DNA of 64,000 nucleotides from a virus. Location: IMG/VR virus record IMGVR_UViG_3300025117_000032, one strand, 5' to 3'. Below, in pieces: positions 57,272-64,000 of this stretch (positions are counted from its first letter, which is position 1; each line of letters begins with the position of its first letter). The notes under the pieces were generated by a model that did not search any database, had not been told where the DNA came from, and saw only the letters and a list, made by a program, of their open reading frames with translations. Made by a program: the position numbers and the translations under genes.

Positions 57272-59686
57272 TTATCTCCTTGCAGATGGGATCAATTTGA
57301 TAACCCTCTTTGAAATTTTATCCACCAAAACATCCCCATCCAATTTTACTTCTGTTTTCAATTCAACGGGAATGTATTCCATTTGTTTGTTCATTACTAC
57401 AGTCAAACCCCTTATGGCGTTGGTTAATTCGTTGGTCGAAAGATCCATGTGCTGTGTCTTTGGTGAAGCTGGGGTTGAGTTAAAAATCCCCCCTGTTGCA
57501 ACCATGGCACCATATCCGCCGGCCATTGCAAACATACTAGCACCAATCTTGAATGGGTTTGATTCAGATAGGATGGTTGCTAAGTTGCCTATGTTCTCAA
57601 GAGACTTGTTAAACACTTCCCCTATGGGAACAAACTTTGTCATTGCCGAACCAAGCAACCACATGGCTCCAGACATAACACCAATTGCGATTGACCCACC
57701 AAGGATTGCTGGGGATATTGTACTTAACAATGCAGCTATAGCACCAAGCCCTGCAATTCCAGCGGTCATAATACCAAGTTCTTTCCATCCAACATTAGCT
57801 TTCTTTAGTTTACTTAGAGCATCACTCATTATCCACACAGCACCAGCTAAGATCAACATTGCTGCTGCTCCTGCTAACCATTGTTTGGCTTGTGCTGCCA
57901 TCATCTTTGAATTGAAAGCCCCTTGGTTTGTGAATCTTCCAGTAGCAGGATCTCTCATTTGCGATGCACCCATTGTCCTACTTGCTTGTCCAGGTACCCT
58001 TGGTTGTCTTGTTGATCTTGCTACATTTGGGTTAACTATTTGGGCACGATTTGTTAGTCTTCCGGTTGCTGGATCTCTAACTTGGTGTATTTCTTTTCCA
58101 CTAAAGGTAGAGAAAAGTCTTGATACCCTTCCTCCCCTACTTACCTTCCCTAGTTGTTTTTGCTTCCACATGGAAAAACCATCTGGCCCAAGATTAGATG
58201 CTCCAGCCAAACCATGCTTATAGACATTAAGTTTTCCAGCAACGAATTGTTTTACTTTCCAGGCTTTATCAAATACAAACCAAGCAATTGCAGCCCCGGT
58301 TAAGGTCTTCACCAGTGTTTCGTTTTTCATTGCCCAACCAACAAGTTTCCCCAACAGACTTACGATTGGTGCTACTGCCCACCATATACCTTGCACCAAA
58401 GGAGAAACAATATCAAATATTGCTGTTGAAAATTCCTTAAGGGGTTGCTTAAAACCAGACAACAATTTAGTTATGAACCCAACACCTTTTTGAATTGCTG
58501 GAAATGCTTTTTCAGCTAGTGAGTTGATGGTTGTTGCTAAGAGATTACTCAACGAAACCTTTATTTGGTTTAGGTAGTCCCTGTTTTCTCTTGCTAATGT
58601 TGTCATGTCAATCCACTTTTGGGAAGACATACCAGTGTTCATAGCTATTCTCTTGGTTGCCTTTAGCAACTCTTCCCTATCTAGCCCAACCAATGGTGCC
58701 AAGTTATCAGCAATGTCTATTCCGATTTGAGAAATGTTTCCACTCTTATCAGTGTATCTTTGCATCTTATCAAGAACACGCTTCAACAACATTGTGGAAT
58801 CTCCACCCCTAGCAGACGCCATCAATGCTCTCATGTCTATATTCATACCAAACCTAGAAGCCGTCACCGTTGCTTGCATAGCTTCCTGGAAATTCCTATA
58901 CTTGTCTGTTGCCCCCACAACTTTTTCCAGGTTAACTCCGGCTCTCTCTGCAAAGATAGCCATGTCTTTTACGTTGCTCATACCAACCTTGGATGATATG
59001 TTGAATTTGTACATATACTTGGCAATACCAGAAACTTGCTTCATGACTTCAATGTAGTTTAAGTTGTATTGCCCAGAAGATTCCACCAACCTGTTTGACC
59101 AATCAGTTATTCCCTTGGCGTCTTTTTTTCCGAACATAACAAGGGATCCAACCAATTCGGAAGCATCGCTACCCTTTAGATCAAACACATCACCGATCAA
59201 GGCTGTGGTGGAGGTTAGGTCTTTGATGTTGAAGGGTGTTTGTATGTTTCTGAATTCAGAATACAGTCCCTTGAATGCTTCATAGTTATCGTTTAGGGTG
59301 AACCCATATTCAGATAGAAGTTCATGCTGCCTCATTAGACCACTTAAGAATCCGGTCTGTCTGTCAATGGTTATACCCATTTCCTTACCAAGCAAAACCT
59401 TTACACCAACTATTTCACTACCCAAGTGGGCAATAGAATCCGCGACAGAAGACAGAGACAAGATTTTGATTGGTTCCTTGACAAAGAATTTTAGCTGGTC
59501 TGTTATGGTTTGCTTGGTGGATTTTATACCTTGAGCATGTCTTTTTGTTATCGCATCAAAGGCAAGTATCCCAGCCATGAACATACCAGCACTACTCTTG
59601 AATGTCTGGGATGATTTCTTCATCTTATCCGAAGACTTAGACAACTCTTCAAACGCATCTTGATTGCCAATATTTTCAAAGTCCAT
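57272..59686 (-). CDS. Tape measure protein
   Basis: Long helical Ala/Gly-rich protein with hydrophobic segments, C-terminal V.LDG.V; likely start MDFEN after CAGGAG RBS. Confidence 0.75.
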   Translation of the reverse strand: MDFENIGNQDAFEELSKSSDKMKKSSQTFKSSAGMFMAGILAFDAITKRHAQGIKSTKQTITDQLKFFVKEPIKILSLSSVADSIAHLGSEIVGVKVLLGKEMGITIDRQTGFLSGLMRQHELLSEYGFTLNDNYEAFKGLYSEFRNIQTPFNIKDLTSTTALIGDVFDLKGSDASELVGSLVMFGKKDAKGITDWSNRLVESSGQYNLNYIEVMKQVSGIAKYMYKFNISSKVGMSNVKDMAIFAERAGVNLEKVVGATDKYRNFQEAMQATVTASRFGMNIDMRALMASARGGDSTMLLKRVLDKMQRYTDKSGNISQIGIDIADNLAPLVGLDREELLKATKRIAMNTGMSSQKWIDMTTLARENRDYLNQIKVSLSNLLATTINSLAEKAFPAIQKGVGFITKLLSGFKQPLKEFSTAIFDIVSPLVQGIWWAVAPIVSLLGKLVGWAMKNETLVKTLTGAAIAWFVFDKAWKVKQFVAGKLNVYKHGLAGASNLGPDGFSMWKQKQLGKVSRGGRVSRLFSTFSGKEIHQVRDPATGRLTNRAQIVNPNVARSTRQPRVPGQASRTMGASQMRDPATGRFTNQGAFNSKMMAAQAKQWLAGAAAMLILAGAVWIMSDALSKLKKANVGWKELGIMTAGIAGLGAIAALLSTISPAILGGSIAIGVMSGAMWLLGSAMTKFVPIGEVFNKSLENIGNLATILSESNPFKIGASMFAMAGGYGAMVATGGIFNSTPASPKTQHMDLSTNELTNAIRGLTVVMNKQMEYIPVELKTEVKLDGDVLVDKISKRVIKLIPSARR

Positions 59687-59774
59687 GTGTATCTCCTGTT
59701 TCATATAAATAATGGGAACCATAGAAAATGCGCCATATTTAATTGAGAAACCAACATTAAGGAGTTGATGCTTC

Positions 59775-60269
59775 ATGGCAATAGAAATGCTAAGACCCGT
59801 ACCAATTAGTTCTGAGCCTAAAAGACAGAATAGGTTTTACCTAGACATACCTGGAATCACAGACGGAGAAAACTATTGGATGGTAAAGTCTGCCAATAGA
59901 CCGACTGCCACAGTCAACGAAACAGAAATACCATATATGAATACTAGTTCATGGGTTGCTGGTCGTTCAATCTGGGAACAATTGGATATTACATTCATCG
60001 ATTGCATTGGTCCATCGACTTCCCAAAGAGTAATGGATTGGATAAGATCATGTATAGAACATTCAACTGGTAGAATGGCGTATGCCTCTAACTACAAGAA
60101 ACAACTTTCATTGTACTTGCTTGATCCTGCTGGGGAAATAGCTGAGCAATGGACCTTGAACGGAGCCTGGGTAACAAACGGAAACTTTGGATCATTGGAT
60201 TATAGTACAGAAGACCTAGCGGAAATAACAATCACGATAAGGTTTGACTACGCAGTGCTTAATTTTTAA
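59775..60269 (+). CDS. Tail tube protein, T4 gp19-like
   Basis: EPKRQNRF, RP, AGR..WE...ITF.D, W, YKK, LDP.G...EQW.L.GAW, FG.LDY, I.ITIRFD. Confidence 0.88.
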   Translation: MAIEMLRPVPISSEPKRQNRFYLDIPGITDGENYWMVKSANRPTATVNETEIPYMNTSSWVAGRSIWEQLDITFIDCIGPSTSQRVMDWIRSCIEHSTGRMAYASNYKKQLSLYLLDPAGEIAEQWTLNGAWVTNGNFGSLDYSTEDLAEITITIRFDYAVLNF

Positions 60270-60324
60270 ATTGTTTGTTTCCAACGAGTTACGAAGAAAA
60301 GCACAATCGAATGTAACTCTAACA

Positions 60325-60357
60325 ATCCTCCTGCATATTTATTATGTGTAGGAGGAT
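60325..60357 (+). promoter_or_regulatory. RBS-sequestering hairpin with putative late promoter (ATATTTAT) in loop
   Basis: ATCCTCCT (60325-60332) pairs with AGGAGGAT (60350-60357); ATATTTAT at 60335-60342. Confidence 0.7.
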
Positions 60358-60363
60358 AAATTT

Positions 60364-61185
60364 ATGCAACATAAATGTTGGGTTTGCGAAAGCACATTTG
60401 AAAAATACGATTCACTTCGTAGGCATGTTGGTAGGGCGCACAAAATACATTCGTCCGAAGTGTATGTTAAAGTAAACCTTGATGGGGTCTATCCAATTTG
60501 CGCTTGTGGTTGTGGTGAAAAATTGCCATGGACAAACAAGGGCTTTCTCAAATATATTCGCGGCCATGCATCTAGGGTGAACAACAATTGGGGTCACAAT
60601 CCAAAGGCAGTTCAAAACTCAACTGATACCAGAAGGGAACAATATAAAAGTGGCCTTAGAACGGTTTGGAATAAAGGTTTAACCAAAGAAGATCCTAGGG
60701 TTTTAAAATACATTGTTGGAATGAACACAGAAGAAAGATCTAAGAAGATATCAGAAACAACAAAGGGAAAAAAGAAAACTGGAAAAGCTTTAATTGCTTC
60801 CAGAAACAATATACTAAACTTCCACAAAAGCAATCCAAAATATAGCGGGCTTGAAAATAAATTTGAGTTTATATTAGATAAGCTTGGTGTAAAGTATGAA
60901 AAGCAGAAACAATTGGTTTATGGAACTTTTGGGGTTAGAATTTATGATTTTTGTATTCCATCTAAGAATATTTTGATAGAAGTTGATGGTGATTATTGGC
61001 ATTGCAATCCGTCTATTTTCCAAGATGGACCAATAAATAAAACCCAAACAGAAAATATAATAAACGATGCGTTGAAAGAAAAGTTGGCAAAGATAAGGGG
61101 ATATACATTAATCAGGTTTTGGGAACAAGATATAGTAGACACACCAAATGCTATTTTTGATGATTTGTATGAGAAAATAAAGTGA
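60364..61185 (+). CDS. Homing endonuclease, DUF559/Vsr-like PD-(D/E)XK, with Zn fingers
   Basis: C2H2 finger, CACGCG, WNKGLTK, YDF..IEVDGDYWH...D..K...G..LIRFWE. Confidence 0.8.
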   Translation: MQHKCWVCESTFEKYDSLRRHVGRAHKIHSSEVYVKVNLDGVYPICACGCGEKLPWTNKGFLKYIRGHASRVNNNWGHNPKAVQNSTDTRREQYKSGLRTVWNKGLTKEDPRVLKYIVGMNTEERSKKISETTKGKKKTGKALIASRNNILNFHKSNPKYSGLENKFEFILDKLGVKYEKQKQLVYGTFGVRIYDFCIPSKNILIEVDGDYWHCNPSIFQDGPINKTQTENIINDALKEKLAKIRGYTLIRFWEQDIVDTPNAIFDDLYEKIK

Positions 61186-61625
61186 TGACTTACAAAAGAA
61201 AACGGAACCCTCATGCTTATGGTGTGAGGGTTTTGCTTAGGAAACGTCCTCAAAATAGCCTAGAAAAACGGTTTGAAAAGATCCTCATTGAATTGGGGGT
61301 TGACTACAAAAAGCAAGCCGTTGTTTGGGTGAGTTTAATCAGGGGTCACAAAAAATACAAAGTGTACGACTTCCAAATACCATCCAAAAAGATCCTCATT
61401 GAAATAGATGGAGACTATTGGCATTGTAACCCCAAAAAATATCCAAACGGCCCCATAAACAGAGTCCAAAAAAGAAACATTCTGAATGATTCCATAAAAG
61501 ACAGAGTTGCTATTGCGTATGGTTATCAATTAATCAGGATATGGGAAGACGATATCAATAACAACACAAAAAATGTAACCAAAAGCCTAAAGAAAGTTAT
61601 TGGCAAAATAAATCTACCCACTTGA
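61182..61625 (+). CDS. DUF559/Vsr-like nuclease, tandem paralog (nuclease domain only)
   Basis: YDFQIPSKKILIEIDGDYWHCNP...GPIN..Q..NI.ND. Confidence 0.8.
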   Translation: MMTYKRKRNPHAYGVRVLLRKRPQNSLEKRFEKILIELGVDYKKQAVVWVSLIRGHKKYKVYDFQIPSKKILIEIDGDYWHCNPKKYPNGPINRVQKRNILNDSIKDRVAIAYGYQLIRIWEDDINNNTKNVTKSLKKVIGKINLPT

Positions 61626-61651
61626 TAATCCTGTCAACCTGTCAATTTTAG

Positions 61652-61903
61652 TCAAACTTCTGTGGTTTTCACCTTTTTTGTTGGCCTCTTTGGCTTTCCA
61701 ACCTCTAGCTCTTCATTAGAAGCCTCTAGCTTGCCCTCTGCTGAATCTTCTGCCTTTGGCTGGGGCTTTGCTTCCACCTTTGCCTCTGGTTCGACAGGAG
61801 CCAACCCAGGGGTTTCACCTATCACTTCTGGCCCGGCATGATCTTGAGCCAATTTTGCTCTCTGTCTCTCCCAACAACTCATCTTTGAACTGTATATTCC
61901 CAT
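61652..61903 (-). CDS. Hypothetical low-complexity protein
   Basis: Pro/Glu/Lys-rich packed ORF. Confidence 0.55.
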   Translation of the reverse strand: MGIYSSKMSCWERQRAKLAQDHAGPEVIGETPGLAPVEPEAKVEAKPQPKAEDSAEGKLEASNEELEVGKPKRPTKKVKTTEV

Positions 61904-61904
61904 T

Positions 61905-62768
61905 TTATACCTTACCTTTCTTCTCTAGTTTTCTCTTTACATCATATCTGATATCATATACAAGAGAAAATTTGCCATCTGTTGGGGAAGCTCCCCCAAC
62001 CCATCTGAATTTTATTATCCTGTCTACCCAACCATTTGCGGATTCCCCATTAGCCTTGTATGACAGAACAGATTTTGCCAATTCTTTAGCATAACCCATA
62101 ATGACATTCTCTCCAACTCCACGGCCAGAATGTAGTTTCCTGAAATTGTCTCTAGATATACACAACTCTGGATCAATACTAAGATATACAACTGTTGTTG
62201 TGTATCCCTCTTGTTTTGCTTTCTTGAATCTTTCTGCTGCTTTCTTTACGTTTGTTCCTGTTGTGTCAATGATCAGTATATTTCCAGCCTTAACTATCTT
62301 TAAGTCAAACAAATCTTTTTCCATTTTGATTGCTAATTCTCTGATATCAAAATAAACAGAATAGTATGGTTTGAAAAATGTCTTGACAAAGGTGTTAAGT
62401 CCACTGTCTTTGTTTTCTTTCCACCAAGCCCAAGTTATCGGTAGTGCAATTGAACTCTTTGTGTATGGGTTATCATATCTTGTTGAGCGTGTGAATTCAT
62501 CAAAATCATTTTGTGTCTTTACGTTTTTTTCAATGTAATCATAGTGTTCTTTTGCTTTTTGATATTGAAGTGCCTTTACTTGTGCATCACTATTGCTAAC
62601 ACTGTATGATTTAAACCCAGCAATATATTTACCCAAAATTCCACTACTGATAAGACTACTCTTTCCAGAAGCCGGAAGTCCCATCAACATTACACATTGC
62701 TTTCCCATGTCTGATTTGAATTCAAGCAAGCACTCTTTGATCAAATTTTTCAATTCAGTATGTTTCAT
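61905..62768 (-). CDS. P-loop kinase, zeta-toxin/AAA_33-like, with MKxxELKxxIxE leader
   Basis: MGLPASGKS, NSD, IIDTTG, GY...VYL....ELCISR...R...GR.V. Confidence 0.7.
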   Translation of the reverse strand: MKHTELKNLIKECLLEFKSDMGKQCVMLMGLPASGKSSLISSGILGKYIAGFKSYSVSNSDAQVKALQYQKAKEHYDYIEKNVKTQNDFDEFTRSTRYDNPYTKSSIALPITWAWWKENKDSGLNTFVKTFFKPYYSVYFDIRELAIKMEKDLFDLKIVKAGNILIIDTTGTNVKKAAERFKKAKQEGYTTTVVYLSIDPELCISRDNFRKLHSGRGVGENVIMGYAKELAKSVLSYKANGESANGWVDRIIKFRWVGGASPTDGKFSLVYDIRYDVKRKLEKKGKV

Positions 62769-63007
62769 TTTTTCTTTCCAGCTTTGGCAGCAGCTTCAAC
62801 TGCCTTTTTTATGTTCTCTATCTCATTGACGGTTCTATCTATGAACCACTTTCTCTGGTAAACAGGTAACAACCTAGCATCCGACAAACTAAACTTGCCG
62901 TGAAAAACTAGCTGGAACAACTCTTCCAAGAGATACTTTTTATCATCAACTGTCAGGCCAAAAAAAGTTTTCCCGTAGGGGGATAACCTCCTTGGTTTCG
63001 TTTCCAC
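62765..63007 (-). CDS. gp51-like hub/tail assembly chaperone, probably made by frameshift from upstream gene
   Basis: FFGLT...LLEELFQLVFHGKFSLSD..LLPVYQRKWFI; no clear RBS; overlaps T7 run. Confidence 0.65.
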   Translation of the reverse strand: METKPRRLSPYGKTFFGLTVDDKKYLLEELFQLVFHGKFSLSDARLLPVYQRKWFIDRTVNEIENIKKAVEAAAKAGKKK

Positions 63008-63749
63008 AGAAGGTGCAAGTGGAATCCTGGACCATCATGATTCCAGGTTCAATTGAGTTAGCATACTTTCTGAATGCCTTGGTATCCTTGACAGGCATGG
63101 TGCTAACAAAACTTGTGATGGTTGCCAAATCGTTGTTACCATCAACCTCCTTGATCATAGCTTTTATCTTCAAGGATTCTGTTTGGTCAACATTTCCCCC
63201 AACCTTCTTCTTGATATCCTCAACCTTCTTAACAATCTCTGATTCATCTCTTGCTGTCAAGAGTCTAAATCTAATCTTCTTGTTTGTCTGGGGAAGGGTC
63301 ATAGAAAACAAACCATCACTATCTGGGTCTTCTGCTAACTCTCTTACTTCCAACTTTGACAAGTCGAATTCCTTTTCGTACCTCTCTCCGCATTGCGAAC
63401 ACAACACTTGAACAGGATACTCCGCACCATATCCGGTTGACCTTAACCAAATGATGATTGCGTTTCTATCCCCAAGCAAAAAATCACCTGGGTCAATTGT
63501 CTTGTTCTTGAGGACACTCCTGATAAGAACATCAAGCATCTTTCCACTTTGTAGCAAGTTTGGTGAAGTCAAAATGTCTTCTTCCCTTGCTGTCAAATAA
63601 TGAACCTCAACACTACTCTTGCCAACCAATGTTCCGGTCTTGTATAGCAACCCCTTTGATGGTAATTCAATCACATCGAAAGGTATGTCAAAGACACTTG
63701 AGGAACCACCCTTTGGTTTTATTTCGCCGGGTTTCATAACGTCATCCAT
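62946..63749 (-). CDS. Baseplate hub assembly protein, T4 gp26-like
   Basis: IELPSKG, LTAREEDIL, LLGDRNAI...R..GYG.EY, CxxC..DL, CxxC...P....FFWP. Confidence 0.8.
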   Translation of the reverse strand: MDDVMKPGEIKPKGGSSSVFDIPFDVIELPSKGLLYKTGTLVGKSSVEVHYLTAREEDILTSPNLLQSGKMLDVLIRSVLKNKTIDPGDFLLGDRNAIIIWLRSTGYGAEYPVQVLCSQCGERYEKEFDLSKLEVRELAEDPDSDGLFSMTLPQTNKKIRFRLLTARDESEIVKKVEDIKKKVGGNVDQTESLKIKAMIKEVDGNNDLATITSFVSTMPVKDTKAFRKYANSIEPGIMMVQDSTCTFCGNETKEVIPLRENFFWPDS

Positions 63750-63764
63750 GTAACTCTCCTTTGG

Positions 63765-63995
63765 TTATTTCTTTTTCTTTTCTTGATACTTTTTTTCTAA
63801 ACCTGGGTTTGTGAATGCTGCTTCGTTTGTTTCCTCGCTCTTTTCATTGAATCTGCTTGTCAACGATTTGAAGTCAAAATCCGATATGACATAAAACGTA
63901 AAGTCACCATACATCTTGAACTCATGCACAAACTTTCCACCCATGACACGCTTTCTGCCAACATTGGTTATGAACTTACTCTTCTTTGACATCAT
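63765..63995 (-). CDS. Hypothetical protein (start may lie beyond window)
   Basis: ORF at window edge. Confidence 0.45.
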   Translation of the reverse strand: MMSKKSKFITNVGRKRVMGGKFVHEFKMYGDFTFYVISDFDFKSLTSRFNEKSEETNEAAFTNPGLEKKYQEKKKK

Positions 63996-64000
63996 CTGTA

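Noticed and set aside
356-59534. Numerous plus-strand ORFs in the track (e.g. 57210-58223, 36655-37386, 32098-32664)
   Set aside because: Antisense shadows of well-supported minus-strand genes, with no motifs or RBS
1-64000. Genome-wide stop codon reassignment (TAG or TGA)
   Set aside because: Long genes are open under code 11, and both codons end genes normally (TAG at 2494 and 43186; many ATGA overlaps). Two of the interruptions also change frame.
1-64000. tRNA or rRNA genes
   Set aside because: No cloverleaf or rRNA-like sequence recognised in the few intergenic gaps; a tRNA scan was not run

Overview
64 kb of a large AT-rich T4-like myovirus (jumbo-phage style) genome, coded almost entirely on the minus strand, with a 3-gene plus-strand island at 59775-61625. 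It holds baseplate and tail genes at both ends and a gp55-like late sigma factor. Replication genes include PolB, a separate PolA-like domain, a DnaB/gp41 helicase, gp32-like SSB, RecA/UvsX and an RNase H/5'-3' exonuclease. Nucleotide metabolism genes include a class II RNR with two inteins, thyX, dUTPase, dCMP deaminase, IMPDH/GMP reductase and a 5'-nucleotidase. There is a large glycosylation locus (8 glycosyltransferase-like genes in the window, Gmd, three methyltransferases), lysis genes, a porin-like gene and about 10 free-standing homing endonucleases. The most unusual signal is that several genes (phosphoesterase, glycosyltransferase, RNase H, possibly a metallopeptidase) are broken 12-21 codons after the start by a stop codon plus a 5-9 nt non-coding gap. 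The gap is flanked by matched take-off/landing codons and preceded by an inverted repeat that pairs back to the start region, which suggests a multi-gene programmed translational bypassing (stop-hopping) system. Three further genes need frameshifts at slippery runs. All functional calls come from motif recognition by eye; no searches were run.
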